Positions 13,099 through 23,597 are shown, counted from the stretch's first letter. The stretch is DNA of 64,000 bases from Pseudomonadales bacterium (GCA_041395665.1 JAWLAB010000003.1:215285-279284); one strand, 5' to 3'. Numbers and translations are program-made. Notes: generated by a model not told the origin, from the letters alone.

Positions 13099-14280
13099 AT
13101 GCGTTTACCGATGATGGCTGCCTGCGGTCTCCTAGCTTCTGCGGCTTTACTGACTGGTTGTGGCAAATCTCCTGCAACAACTTCCACGCCTGCCGATAAC
13201 AGTGCAAATAGCAACACGCTCACGGTTCGCATTGGTCACGCCGCCCCGCTGACGGGTCCGCAAGCGCATCTCGGCAAAGACAATGAAAACGCTATTCGCT
13301 TGGCGATAGACGAGCTCAACAACGAAAACCTGCAAATCGGTGGCAAAACCGCCCACTTTGAGTTGATGTCGGAAGACGACATGGCTGACCCGCGTACCGC
13401 CACACAGGTGGCGCAAAGCTTGGTTGATGCCGGTGTCAGCGGCGTTATTGGGCATCTCAATTCCGGCACTTCCATTCCCGCATCGAAGATTTACCACGAT
13501 GCTGGCTTGGTGCAAATCTCCCCTTCTGCTACGGCCACCGCTTACACCGCCCAAGGCTTTTCCGGCGCATTCCGCGTCATGGCTAACGACAGCCAGCAAG
13601 GCAAGCAATTGGCACGCTACGCGGTAAATACATTAGGCATGAAGAAGCTGGCGATCATTGATGACCGCACCGCTTACGGGCAAGGCTTGGCCGATGTATT
13701 CGCTAAAACGGCAGAATCTCTGGGCGCAACCATCGTGAAGCACGAGTTCACTACCGATAAATCCACCGACTTCAACGCCATTCTCACCAACATCAAAGGT
13801 TCAGACGCACAGCTGTTGTTCTTCGGCGGCATGGACGCACAAGGCGCACCGATGGTGAAACAAATGCGCGCGCTGGGCATCACCATGCCTTTTATGGGTG
13901 GCGATGGCGTTTACACCGCCGAGTTTCTGAAATTGGCCGGCAATGATGCCGAAGGCGTGATCGGCTCTCTCCCCGGCATTCCACTGAGCAATATGAAAGG
14001 CGGCCCAGAGTTCAAACAGAAATTTGAAGCCAAGTACGGCGTGATCCAGCTGTACGCACCTTATGTTTACGATGCCATGCGCATGATGGCAAAGGCGATG
14101 CAAGAAGCTGGCAGCATTGATCCAGCAAAATACCGCCCCTTGTTAGCGAAAATGGAGTACCAAGGTCTGACCTCCAATATTCGCTTCGATGCCAAAGGCG
14201 ATTTGCTCAACAGCCCCGTGTCTATCTATCAAGTACGCAATGGTCAGTGGCAATTTGCGCTGACAGCTAGCGATCAGTAA
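13099..14280 (+). CDS. Branched-chain amino acid ABC transporter substrate-binding lipoprotein (LivK/BraC family)
   Basis: Signal peptide with lipobox LLTGC. Type I periplasmic-binding-protein features (IGHAAPLTGPQAHLG...VIGHLNSG). It is followed by LivH, LivM and LivG homologues. Confidence 0.85.
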   Translation: MRLPMMAACGLLASAALLTGCGKSPATTSTPADNSANSNTLTVRIGHAAPLTGPQAHLGKDNENAIRLAIDELNNENLQIGGKTAHFELMSEDDMADPRTATQVAQSLVDAGVSGVIGHLNSGTSIPASKIYHDAGLVQISPSATATAYTAQGFSGAFRVMANDSQQGKQLARYAVNTLGMKKLAIIDDRTAYGQGLADVFAKTAESLGATIVKHEFTTDKSTDFNAILTNIKGSDAQLLFFGGMDAQGAPMVKQMRALGITMPFMGGDGVYTAEFLKLAGNDAEGVIGSLPGIPLSNMKGGPEFKQKFEAKYGVIQLYAPYVYDAMRMMAKAMQEAGSIDPAKYRPLLAKMEYQGLTSNIRFDAKGDLLNSPVSIYQVRNGQWQFALTASDQ

Positions 14281-14298
14281 GCGCAGCTCGCCTCCACC

Positions 14299-15225
14299 AT
14301 GGAAATCCTCGCACAACAGCTGGCGAACGGCATCATCCTGGGCAGTGTTTACGCCCTGATCGCTTTGGGCTACACCATGGTTTACGGCATTCTCGGCTTG
14401 ATTAACTTCGCGCACGGCGAAGTCACCATGATGGGTGCGATGATTTCCATCACCCTGCTCAATGTATTGATGACAGTTTTTGGTTTGCCGCCGTTTCTGT
14501 GCATCACGCTGGCGCTCTTTATCACCATTCCCGCCTGCATGCTGCTCGGCATGAGCATTGAACGCATTGCCTATCGACCGCTACGCAACGCCCCACGCCT
14601 TGCGCCACTGATCACAGCGATTGGCGTTTCTATCATTCTGCAAAATGTGGCGATGATGATTTGGGGGCGCGGCTATCAACGCTTCCCTGACATCCTGCCG
14701 ACACAATCTTTCACCTTTGCTTACGCCAGCTTAACGCCCACCAAAGTTGCCATTGTGCTGGTATCAGCCATTGCTTTGATCGGTTTGTGGCTGCTGGTCA
14801 ACCGCACGCAGCTCGGTCGCGCCATGCGCGCCACCGCTCAAGATGGCCAAGTGGCGCAGCTGATGGGCATCAATGTCAATCGCATCATCGCCGCCACTTT
14901 TGCTATCGGTTCTGCACTGGGCTCTTTGGCCGGATTTCTAGTCGCCGCCAATTACGGGCAAGCTGACCCTTACATGGGCTTTATATTGGGCTTGAAAGCC
15001 TTTTCAGCGGCAGTGCTGGGCGGCATCGGCAATCTCACTGGCGCTGTGGTGGGTGGACTGCTATTGGGATTGATTGAGAGCTTGGGCGCTGGCTACATCG
15101 GCGATCTCACCGGCGGTGTGCTGGGCAGCAATTACCAAGATGTTTTCGCGTTTCTCGTGCTGGTTGCCGTGTTGGTATTGAAGCCATCCGGGTTGCTCGG
15201 CAAAGCCACGGTCGAGCGAGCCTGA
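14299..15225 (+). CDS. livH: Branched-chain amino acid ABC transporter permease
   Basis: Reads MEILAQQLANGIILGSVYALIALGYTMVYG, a multi-TM LivH/BraD pattern. Confidence 0.9.
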   Translation: MEILAQQLANGIILGSVYALIALGYTMVYGILGLINFAHGEVTMMGAMISITLLNVLMTVFGLPPFLCITLALFITIPACMLLGMSIERIAYRPLRNAPRLAPLITAIGVSIILQNVAMMIWGRGYQRFPDILPTQSFTFAYASLTPTKVAIVLVSAIALIGLWLLVNRTQLGRAMRATAQDGQVAQLMGINVNRIIAATFAIGSALGSLAGFLVAANYGQADPYMGFILGLKAFSAAVLGGIGNLTGAVVGGLLLGLIESLGAGYIGDLTGGVLGSNYQDVFAFLVLVAVLVLKPSGLLGKATVERA

Positions 15226-16253
15226 TGACAACTGCTATTCCACGCCGCATTTGGATGGGCTATGCCTTGGTGGTACTGGCCGCGCTGCTACTGCCGCTGC
15301 TGACCGGCATGACGCTCGGCAGTGGTTGGGTGCGCACGCTGGATTTTGTGCTGCTCTACGCCATGCTCGCGCTGGGCTTGAATATTGTGGTCGGTTACGC
15401 GGGGCTGCTGGATCTCGGCTATATCGCGTTTTACGCCATCGGTGCGTATTTGTACGCCCTGCTCGCTTCGCCGCATTTGGGTTTGCACTGGTCGCCTTTT
15501 GTAATTTTGCCTTTGGGTGCGGTGGTCGCTGGATTTTTTGGTGTGTTACTAGGCGCACCGACTTTGCGTTTGCGCGGCGATTATTTAGCGATAGTTACTT
15601 TAGGATTTGGCGAAATTGTGCGTTTGTTTATGAACAATCTCGATCGCCCCTTCAATTTGACCAACGGCCCGCAAGGCATCAATTTGATTGATCCGCTTTT
15701 TCCTGCCACATCTTTTTCTTTTCTCGGCTTGCGCATCACTTCCGTTTATTTTTACTACTACTTATTTTTGTTGCTCGCCTGCGTGGTGATTTTTATTTCG
15801 ATTCGTTTACAAAACTCACGCATTGGACGCGCGTGGATGGCGGTGCGCGAAGATGAAATGGCAGCCAAAGCCTGCGGCATCAACACACGCAATATCAAAC
15901 TGCTCGCCTTTGCCATGGGCGCATCTTTTGGCGGTGTCGCGGGCGGTTTGTTTGCCGGCTTTCAAGGTTTTGTCAGCCCAGAAAGTTTTATTTTGCTCGA
16001 ATCCATCATGGTGTTATGCATGGTGGTTTTAGGCGGCATGGGCAATATTGCGGGCGTGATTCTCGGCGCGGTGTTATTGACAATCACGCCAGAAATCTTT
16101 CGCGATCTCGCCATCCCCGCACAAAGAGCCTTGATGGGGCGCGTGATTATTGACCCCGAAAACCTGCGTATGTTGTTGTTCGGCGTAACGCTCGTCGCCA
16201 CCATGTTGTACAAACCGCAAGGTCTGTGGCCTGCGCGTTTTGGTAGCCGCTGA
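15225..16253 (+). CDS. livM: Branched-chain amino acid ABC transporter permease
   Basis: Multi-TM protein containing NIVVGYAGLLDLGYIAFYAIGAY and LRGDYLAIVTLGFGEIVR. It overlaps the livH stop. Confidence 0.9.
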   Translation: MTTAIPRRIWMGYALVVLAALLLPLLTGMTLGSGWVRTLDFVLLYAMLALGLNIVVGYAGLLDLGYIAFYAIGAYLYALLASPHLGLHWSPFVILPLGAVVAGFFGVLLGAPTLRLRGDYLAIVTLGFGEIVRLFMNNLDRPFNLTNGPQGINLIDPLFPATSFSFLGLRITSVYFYYYLFLLLACVVIFISIRLQNSRIGRAWMAVREDEMAAKACGINTRNIKLLAFAMGASFGGVAGGLFAGFQGFVSPESFILLESIMVLCMVVLGGMGNIAGVILGAVLLTITPEIFRDLAIPAQRALMGRVIIDPENLRMLLFGVTLVATMLYKPQGLWPARFGSR

Positions 16254-16254
16254 T

Positions 16255-17055
16255 ATGCAAACCGCCCCGCTGCTGCAAGCACAAAATATCGGTAAAAGTT
16301 TCGGTGGCTTGCGCGCATTGGATGGCGTTTCTTTTAGCGTACCTGCAAAAACCATCTACGGCATTATCGGCCCCAATGGCGCAGGCAAGACTTCGCTGTT
16401 CAATATTTTGACTGGCTTGTATCAAGCGGATACAGGAAAACTATTGCTGCGCGATCAGGATATTTTGAATGCACCGCCGCATCAAATCGTGCAACACGGT
16501 ATCGCCAGAACTTTTCAAAACATTCGCCTGTTTAGCAATATGACGGCATTAGAGAATGTGATGATTGGTCGCCATCCACGCACTAAAACTGGCGCGTTGG
16601 GCGCAGTGCTGCGACATTCGCGAGAGCGCAAAGAAGAAGCCGCGATACAACAACGCGCTATCGAATTGTTGAATTATGTAGGTCTTCCTGCTTATGTTCA
16701 CGACAAACGCGCCGCTGATTTGCCTTACGGCTTTCAGCGTAAATTAGAAATTGCACGCGCACTTGCCACCGAACCTCTCTTGCTCGCGCTTGATGAACCC
16801 GCAGCAGGCATGAACCCAACAGAAACAGAAGAATTGCGCGAATTATTGCTGCGTATTCGCCAGGACGGCATCACCGTATTATTGATTGAGCACGATGTAA
16901 AACTGGTGATGGGGCTGTGTGATTACATCACCGTATTGGATTACGGCAAAAAAATTGCGGAAGGAAAACCAGAGCAAGTGCAGAAAAATCCAGCAGTGAT
17001 TGAAGCCTACCTCGGCGCTGACTATCTGCCAGATATCACCTCACAAGCGCAATAA
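16255..17055 (+). CDS. livG: Branched-chain amino acid ABC transporter ATP-binding protein
   Basis: The ATG sits 1 nt after the livM stop. Walker A GPNGAGKTS, signature-region sequence LPYGFQRKLEIARAL, Walker B LLALDEPAAG, and a C-terminal AYLG. Confidence 0.9.
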   Translation: MQTAPLLQAQNIGKSFGGLRALDGVSFSVPAKTIYGIIGPNGAGKTSLFNILTGLYQADTGKLLLRDQDILNAPPHQIVQHGIARTFQNIRLFSNMTALENVMIGRHPRTKTGALGAVLRHSRERKEEAAIQQRAIELLNYVGLPAYVHDKRAADLPYGFQRKLEIARALATEPLLLALDEPAAGMNPTETEELRELLLRIRQDGITVLLIEHDVKLVMGLCDYITVLDYGKKIAEGKPEQVQKNPAVIEAYLGADYLPDITSQAQ

Positions 17056-17688
17056 GGTTTTTAAAGTAGCAATCGCCGTCTGCGTATCTTGGGTCACTTG
17101 AATGCCCTGCATGCCAAGATTTTTTGCACTCAAAACATTCTGCTCAACATCATCCAAAAACACTGCGCGCTCTGGTGGCACATCACCCATTGCTTGCAGC
17201 GCGTGTTGGTAAATCGCAGGGTTGGGTTTGCGCATACCCAATTCACTGGAATCAAACACACAATCAATCAATTCGTCGACTGGCATCAACGCACGCCAAC
17301 CATCACGAAACTCGCGCACATTGTTAGTGATAATACCTGTGGCAAAACCAGCTGCTTTGACTTCACACAATACATCAATCATTGCCTCTTGCATTAACTG
17401 ACCGCTCGCCATGCGTATCAACAAATCCAACGGATCAACTGTGAGATCATTTTGTTTACCCAATGCAATGATTTGCTCGCGCGCCTCATCAAAACTGAGC
17501 TCGCCGCGCTCTAACTGATGCCAAGGATGATCTGTATCTAAGTGATAGGCGCCAAACATCAATTCCGAAAATTGCTCAACATCGACAGCCATTTCTTTTG
17601 CCATCGCTTCAACAGCAAAAAAAGGTGATGCCGTAAAGACACCACCAAAATCAAACAGCACCAGATCAATATTGGATTGATTAACCAA
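17041..17688 (-). CDS. HAD-superfamily hydrolase (subfamily IA-like)
   Basis: Contains LVLFDFGGVF (DxG-type motif I), ITNN, and FLDDVEQNV (motif IV). Confidence 0.8.
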   Translation of the reverse strand: MVNQSNIDLVLFDFGGVFTASPFFAVEAMAKEMAVDVEQFSELMFGAYHLDTDHPWHQLERGELSFDEAREQIIALGKQNDLTVDPLDLLIRMASGQLMQEAMIDVLCEVKAAGFATGIITNNVREFRDGWRALMPVDELIDCVFDSSELGMRKPNPAIYQHALQAMGDVPPERAVFLDDVEQNVLSAKNLGMQGIQVTQDTQTAIATLKTLLRL

Positions 17689-19231
17689 TGGACTGCCCTG
17701 CTTGCCAATAGCGATCTTTAATCAAACGCTTTTTAATTTTCCCTGTTTCTTCACGCGGCAATTCTCTTTCAAAATCAATACTGCGTGGGCATTTGATAGC
17801 ACTGATTTTTGAACGACAGAATTCGATCAATTCCTTTTCTAAGGCTGGGCCAACCTCTTGCCAGTTCATTGGTTGCACCACCGCTTTCACTTCCTCACCC
17901 ATTTCTGGGTGCGGCACACCAAAGACCGCCACATCAAACACTTTGTCATGCGTGATTAAGCAATCTTCTGTCTCCTGCGGATAAATATTCACGCCGCCAG
18001 AAATAATCATGTAAGACTTTCTGTCGGTGAGAAATAAATAGCCGTCAGCATTGAGATAACCGACATCGCCAATCGTGGTCCAGCCGTCGCGAATGGTGAT
18101 GGATTTTTTCTTATCCGCATCACCGTGGTAATCAAAATTGGTGCCTTGCGAGCAATAAATTGTGCCAATTTGTCCGGCTGGCAATTCTTCACCCGTTTCG
18201 TCATCCACGATATGCACTTTGGCATCCACACATTTACCAACCGTGCCCGGATGCGCCAACCACTCTTGCGGGCTGACCATGAAAATCCCGTTGCGCTCAG
18301 AGCCAGAATAAAACTCCCACAACACCGGTCCCCACCACGCCATAATTTTTTGCTTCACTTCTGCGGGGCATGGTGCTGCACCGTGAATAGCAAATTTCAT
18401 GCTGGATACATCGTATTTTTGCCGCACCGCTTCCGGTAATTTTAGTAAGCGCACAAACATGGTTGGCACCCATTGGCTGTACGCGATCTTGTATTTTTCA
18501 ATCAACTGCAACGCTTTTTCTTCATCAAATTTTTCCATGATGACAACTGTCGAACCCAAACGATGACAGCCCGTTGCAAAGCCAAGCGGCGCAGAGTGAT
18601 ACAACGGTGAAGTCGACAGCGAAACTGTTTCATGATTAACACCCATGAACTGCGCCAAACCCACCGAGCGCACAATATCCGGCGCTTCGCCCAAACCGCC
18701 TTCACTTAATGGAAACTTAATACCTTTCGGGCGACCTGTTGTACCAGAGGAATACAACATTTCACGACCTTCTGATTCATCGGCAATCGGCGTAGTCGGC
18801 ATGGCCGCTGTTGCCTGTTCCCAACTTTGAAAGGGGGCTTGCACGCCATCCATCATGTAACAGACTTTGACTTCGGGAATTTTTTCTAAAATCGGTTTGA
18901 TTTTGTCAGAAAATTTTTCTGCCACAACCAACACTTTGGCGTGACAGTTATTGATGATGTATTCGATTTCATCCGGTTGCAGGTAATAACTGATCGGCGT
19001 GAAATAAAGCCCAGCGCGCGTTGCCCCCCACACCAAATCAAAAAAACGCACATGGTTATCCAACAAAAACGCCATGTGATCGCCGCGCTGTAAACCATGA
19101 CTGCGCATCAGATGTGCAATTTGATTGGAACGCACTTCTAGTTGCCCAAACGAAATCGTTTCACCTGTGCTTGCCATGATAACAGCAGGATGATCAGGGC
19201 GCGTTTTAGCGTGAAAATGTGGATGCAACAT
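17681..19231 (-). CDS. Acyl-CoA synthetase / AMP-dependent ligase
   Basis: AMP-binding motif YSSGTTGRPKGI, TIGDVGYLNADGYLFLTDRK, and a C-terminal GKIKKR. It overlaps the downstream HAD gene by 8 nt. Confidence 0.88.
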   Translation of the reverse strand: MLHPHFHAKTRPDHPAVIMASTGETISFGQLEVRSNQIAHLMRSHGLQRGDHMAFLLDNHVRFFDLVWGATRAGLYFTPISYYLQPDEIEYIINNCHAKVLVVAEKFSDKIKPILEKIPEVKVCYMMDGVQAPFQSWEQATAAMPTTPIADESEGREMLYSSGTTGRPKGIKFPLSEGGLGEAPDIVRSVGLAQFMGVNHETVSLSTSPLYHSAPLGFATGCHRLGSTVVIMEKFDEEKALQLIEKYKIAYSQWVPTMFVRLLKLPEAVRQKYDVSSMKFAIHGAAPCPAEVKQKIMAWWGPVLWEFYSGSERNGIFMVSPQEWLAHPGTVGKCVDAKVHIVDDETGEELPAGQIGTIYCSQGTNFDYHGDADKKKSITIRDGWTTIGDVGYLNADGYLFLTDRKSYMIISGGVNIYPQETEDCLITHDKVFDVAVFGVPHPEMGEEVKAVVQPMNWQEVGPALEKELIEFCRSKISAIKCPRSIDFERELPREETGKIKKRLIKDRYWQAGQSIG

Positions 19232-19266
19232 GACTATCGTTCCTATCTAGCTTGTTAAAGAAAAAA

Positions 19267-19707
19267 TCAATCAGGAATTGTGTGCTGGCTGAATGTTAGA
19301 TATTTATGCCCAAGGAAACTGCTAAACATAGGCACGCCCATACCAATCACATGCGCCAGCTCTTTGGGATACCACAGCAAATTAATTGCGGGGAAAAAGT
19401 GATCTGCCAGCACAATACTAATAATTAAAGTCTGTGCCATTGCAGCCAAAGTGACAAAAACATAGAGAAATGTTTCCTGCCACAAGGGGCGAATACCATC
19501 GCCAAAAACTTTGCGCTGATAAAGGAAAAAAGCAAAAATTGTTCCGACAACATAAGCAATGACGATTGCGTAGGAATAGCCAACATAGGGATCCAACACT
19601 AATCGCACTAAAAAATTAACTGCCGCAGCAGCAAGCGCAGAAAAGAAAAATTTAATGAATTGCAGCGTAAGAAAGTCTTCTACAATTTTTCTTACGATAA
19701 GATTCAT
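19267..19707 (-). CDS. GtrA-family small integral membrane protein
   Basis: 146 aa with four predicted TM helices. Contains FIKFFFSALAAAAVNFLVR and a C-terminal HKYLTF, typical of the GtrA family. It overlaps the upstream gene by 4 nt. Confidence 0.75.
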   Translation of the reverse strand: MNLIVRKIVEDFLTLQFIKFFFSALAAAAVNFLVRLVLDPYVGYSYAIVIAYVVGTIFAFFLYQRKVFGDGIRPLWQETFLYVFVTLAAMAQTLIISIVLADHFFPAINLLWYPKELAHVIGMGVPMFSSFLGHKYLTFSQHTIPD

Positions 19708-21002
19708 ACAACCATGTCCGCCAAGCGATTACCCATTTTTATGCTGTCAGTAATCGCTCTATCTTGCGGGTAGTAATAGCTCGTATCCGCCATAAAGAAG
19801 CCTTCGATTGCGCTTTTCATCGGTGGCAAAGATTCTAGGAAGTTAGTCGTGCAAACTGGCTGCGCGTAGAAATAGCGCGATACATGCATGGCTTTAATCC
19901 AACTTTCATCAAAGTTGGGATTGATATCTTGCAAACACTTGATCGTTTCCAAACGAAATTGCTCGTTATCCCAACTGTATTTGGCGTTGTCTTGCGGCAT
20001 GTAGTATGGAATGTAGACAACCGTATCTGGTAAAGGATTCAGGTTGGTGTATTCGATAACACCTGGGATGCCGTAACGCGTATCAGTAATGTTTAACCAA
20101 AAATAAGGTGTCAGTGATTGCGTTAATTTCAGCTTGACAGTCACCACGCCCACATTGCGAATTGCTGCCAACTTGTCTAAATCCGCCTGTGGCAAATCGG
20201 GAATGATGCGCGCCACATAAGGCAGTGGAATCGTTGAAATCACCGCATCAAATGAACGAATTTCATCGCCAATTTTTAAGCCGTCAATTTTTCCATCTCT
20301 CACTTGCACTCGCTCAATCGGCGTAGCCAAGTGGATATCACCGCCCTTTTCACGAATGGCCCTTTCTATAGCATGCAGAAAAGTATCTGAGCCACCCTCT
20401 AGATAGCCCAGTTTTTCTTTAAATAGACTTTGTCTACTGTGCGCGACGCGCTGCACGCGAGCAGCTATCCACGCAGCTGACACTTCATCTTTAAATTGAT
20501 AAAACTTCAGCGACAGCAGCGGCTCCCACAGAATGGAATACGCCCTCTCTCCCAACATATTTTTCAACCACGCCGTCGCCGTTTTTTTATCCAGCTCAGA
20601 AAAATCTTTCAGATGTTTGCAATACATCACTTTGAATGCATAGCAAATTTTTTCCAGCAGAGACAGTCCTGGAAATTTCAGCAGCGCAAAAGGCTCCCCC
20701 CAGTTGTACAATTTTTTTTGGTGGAATACACCCATGCGGGTATTCACCCAACGCAACTGATCAGCAATCCCTAATTCATTTAGCAATTCAAAATAATCAT
20801 GATCCGTGGTACACAAAAAATGAAAAAATCGTTCGATAGGCAGGCCCTCAAAATCAAATGAAGCCGACATGCCGCCTAAACGATCGCCCGCTTCAAAAAG
20901 ACTGACTTGATGCCCCTGCTTCAGCAAACGCCATGCAGCTGCCAAACCCATGGGACCACCACCTAAAACAGCAATTTTTTTTGTTGTCACTGTCATTGCC
21001 AA
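19704..21002 (-). CDS. NAD(P)/FAD-dependent oxidoreductase (amine-oxidase / phytoene-desaturase-like fold)
   Basis: N-terminal dinucleotide fold KKIAVLGGGPMGLAAAWRLLKQGHQVSLFEAGDRLGG. The length and C-terminal pattern fit the PPO/CrtI-like superfamily. Substrate unknown. Confidence 0.75.
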   Translation of the reverse strand: MAMTVTTKKIAVLGGGPMGLAAAWRLLKQGHQVSLFEAGDRLGGMSASFDFEGLPIERFFHFLCTTDHDYFELLNELGIADQLRWVNTRMGVFHQKKLYNWGEPFALLKFPGLSLLEKICYAFKVMYCKHLKDFSELDKKTATAWLKNMLGERAYSILWEPLLSLKFYQFKDEVSAAWIAARVQRVAHSRQSLFKEKLGYLEGGSDTFLHAIERAIREKGGDIHLATPIERVQVRDGKIDGLKIGDEIRSFDAVISTIPLPYVARIIPDLPQADLDKLAAIRNVGVVTVKLKLTQSLTPYFWLNITDTRYGIPGVIEYTNLNPLPDTVVYIPYYMPQDNAKYSWDNEQFRLETIKCLQDINPNFDESWIKAMHVSRYFYAQPVCTTNFLESLPPMKSAIEGFFMADTSYYYPQDRAITDSIKMGNRLADMVV

Positions 21003-21953
21003 CTAACGCTTAACCACAATGAATGAATAAATAGGATGCAAAAAAGTTTCTCGTATCGCCTGTAAAAACGGCGTTGGTTTCACGCCAAATTCTTGTTCAA
21101 TATCGACACCAACAAAATAATCACCCGCCGACAATGCATGCAATTGTGCGCTGGTAAACGGTGGCTGGCGCATGAGCTTTGCAGCCACTTTCAACAACAC
21201 ATCAAAAAAAGCAAACGGGATATGCAAAATCAGTGTATGCAAATCTTTAACATCACGAATCGTGTTAATAATGGATACATAGTCGATATCTTCGCGACCG
21301 ACTATATCATAAGCATCGCCTGCCCTCTGCGTTTCCAAGCAGGCCAAGATCACGCGACAAAAATCGCGGTTGTATAGTGGTTGGCGTAAAAACTTGCCGT
21401 CGCCCGGAATAGGAAATATCGGTGTGCGCGCCATAAAGCGTGACAACCAACCAAAATGTTTCGGATCAAACCAACCAAACATTAGCGTGGGACGCAAAAT
21501 ACAGTGTGCAATACCTGAATTTTTCACGAGAACTTCTTGCTCTCGCTTGGTGCGCGTATAAGCATCATCCGCTACGGAATGCAAAACAGAAGAACTGACA
21601 TGCAGCAAATACGGCACATTGTGTTGCTGACAAGCGGTGAGCACATGGCGCGTGGCTTCGATGTTATTGCGCTCAAATGCAGCATCTTGCACAGCCGTAA
21701 TTTGTGCGTGCAGCTGTATCACCATATCCGCACCAGCAAAAGTTTGCTGCCACTCTCCCGCTTCCGCTAAATCCGCACACAAGGTTTGCACACTGGGATT
21801 CAAACGGGCTGCAATAGCAAGATTCTCCGCGTGGCGATCAATCGCCAGTACATTGCGATACCCTTTCTCACACAGCAACAACAACAGGTTTTGACCGACC
21901 AAACCGGCGGCACCCGTTACGACGATACGGCGTTGTAGCAACTCTGCTGACAT
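21003..21953 (-). CDS. NAD-dependent epimerase/dehydratase family protein
   Basis: Contains RIVVTGAAGLVGQNL (Rossmann fold) and YTRTK (YxxxK). Its stop abuts the start of the oxidoreductase gene. Confidence 0.8.
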   Translation of the reverse strand: MSAELLQRRIVVTGAAGLVGQNLLLLLCEKGYRNVLAIDRHAENLAIAARLNPSVQTLCADLAEAGEWQQTFAGADMVIQLHAQITAVQDAAFERNNIEATRHVLTACQQHNVPYLLHVSSSVLHSVADDAYTRTKREQEVLVKNSGIAHCILRPTLMFGWFDPKHFGWLSRFMARTPIFPIPGDGKFLRQPLYNRDFCRVILACLETQRAGDAYDIVGREDIDYVSIINTIRDVKDLHTLILHIPFAFFDVLLKVAAKLMRQPPFTSAQLHALSAGDYFVGVDIEQEFGVKPTPFLQAIRETFLHPIYSFIVVKR

Positions 21954-22143
21954 GTGAGTGAATCAAAAAAAGGCGAACCATCATGCCGAAAGCGCCTATC
22001 AAATTCAATGAAACAAATTCCAGTAAATTCATAGGGTTGCTACTAAAACGGTTGGTGCTTCCTTGAATGGCGTGGTAGCTTGACCGGCATCAATCCTAAG
22101 CTGTCTGCCGCTGTGCAGAATTCACGAAAAGATATGTCGCCGA

Positions 22144-22992
22144 GTGCACTATGACCGCCACACCATTAATCCTCACCCATCAGCAAAAAAACTTTTTGAT
22201 ACTTTTGGCTATTTGGTCATCCCCGGCTTGCTGAAGGATTGCATCGAAGAAGTATCAAACACCTTCAATCAGCTGTTTGAGCAAAATGCGTCTGAAGTGG
22301 TGGACTGGCGGCACGAAGCGCACTACATGAAATCACGTCGCTTCTTGCTGCAATTTATTGAAAGAGATCCCAAGCTTTCTGCTCTACTCGATCATCCCGT
22401 TATCAGCGGCATATTTAATTCCCTACTGGGCGAAGATTATTTGTACCGCGCCAGTGACGGCAATATTTTTACTGGCGATACCTACTGGCACTCCGATTTA
22501 TACGGCGCGTTCTTCAAGTATCGCCATGTCAAAATTCTGTTGTATTTAGAGCCACTGGATGCCAATAACGGCGGCTTTCGCGCCATCCCTGGCAGCCATT
22601 TGTTTGGCGACAAATTTGCCAATCTCTGCGAACGCTACGTGTGGAAGCACGAGAAGCATTTAGGGTTGGAAAAGGATGATGTACCGGCGATTACGATTCC
22701 TACGCAACCCGGCGATGCGCTGGTTTTTGATTACCGTCTCAAGCACGCGACAAATCACACGCAATCCAACCGCAGAATGATGAGCATTTGCGCCTCACAG
22801 CGATTTTCGGATGAAGATTTACCGGAGCTCGCCAGACTCACACAAATGTTCCTCGATATGGCTGGTGGCGGAACCGCCTACCATCCGCGCTTCATCGAGC
22901 ATGCAACGCCTACACAGCGTACGCACATGACGCAATGCTTGGAAGCCTATCAATATATTCAAGACGGAAAGCTGGGCAAGCCTGTCGCCTGA
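22144..22992 (+). CDS. Phytanoyl-CoA dioxygenase (PhyH) family Fe(II)/2-oxoglutarate oxygenase
   Basis: Contains [10 protein letters not shown] and YWHSDL (HxD), with HAT downstream as the distal His. The GTG start at 22144 is uncertain. Confidence 0.7.
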   Translation: MHYDRHTINPHPSAKKLFDTFGYLVIPGLLKDCIEEVSNTFNQLFEQNASEVVDWRHEAHYMKSRRFLLQFIERDPKLSALLDHPVISGIFNSLLGEDYLYRASDGNIFTGDTYWHSDLYGAFFKYRHVKILLYLEPLDANNGGFRAIPGSHLFGDKFANLCERYVWKHEKHLGLEKDDVPAITIPTQPGDALVFDYRLKHATNHTQSNRRMMSICASQRFSDEDLPELARLTQMFLDMAGGGTAYHPRFIEHATPTQRTHMTQCLEAYQYIQDGKLGKPVA

Positions 22993-23597
22993 CAGTGAAT
23001 CGGCGGGCAGTAGCCGTCAGGATTCTTGGCGAGATATTGCTGATGGTAGGGCTCGGCAAAATAGAACGCAGGAGCCGGCAAAATCTCCGTTGTGATTTCT
23101 CCTTTGCCTGCTTGCTTGAGCGCCTGCTGGTACAGCGCCGCACTGCTTTGAGCCGCTTGCTGCTGCGCTGCGTCAAAGCAATAAATCCCTGAGCGATACT
23201 GCGTGCCGATGTCATTGCCTTGGCGCATGCCTAAGGTCGGGTTGTGTCCCTGCCAAAACACTTTTAGCAGCGCCCCGTAAGTGACGACGGCAGGATCAAA
23301 CACCACCAACACCACTTCGTTGTGGCCCGTCAGCCCGCTGCACACCTCTTCATACAGCGGATTGGGCGTAAAGCCACCCGCATAGCCAACCGCCGTTGTA
23401 TATACCCCTTCGCGCTGCCAAAACTTGCGTTCAGCACCCCAAAAACAGCCCATGCCAAACATGGATTGCTGAAAACCTGCAGGAAACGGCGGCTGCATGG
23501 GTGTCTGCAAAACAGCGTGCAAAGTAGGCACTGGCATACTTTCGCCGCGCCCGCGCAGTGCATCTTGCTCTAAAACCATTATTTGTTTATTTATCAT
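22959..23597 (-). CDS. msrA: Peptide-methionine (S)-S-oxide reductase
   Basis: Contains [14 protein letters not shown], the catalytic GCFWG motif, and YHQQYL. Confidence 0.93.
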   Translation of the reverse strand: MINKQIMVLEQDALRGRGESMPVPTLHAVLQTPMQPPFPAGFQQSMFGMGCFWGAERKFWQREGVYTTAVGYAGGFTPNPLYEEVCSGLTGHNEVVLVVFDPAVVTYGALLKVFWQGHNPTLGMRQGNDIGTQYRSGIYCFDAAQQQAAQSSAALYQQALKQAGKGEITTEILPAPAFYFAEPYHQQYLAKNPDGYCPPIHCQATGLPSFPS

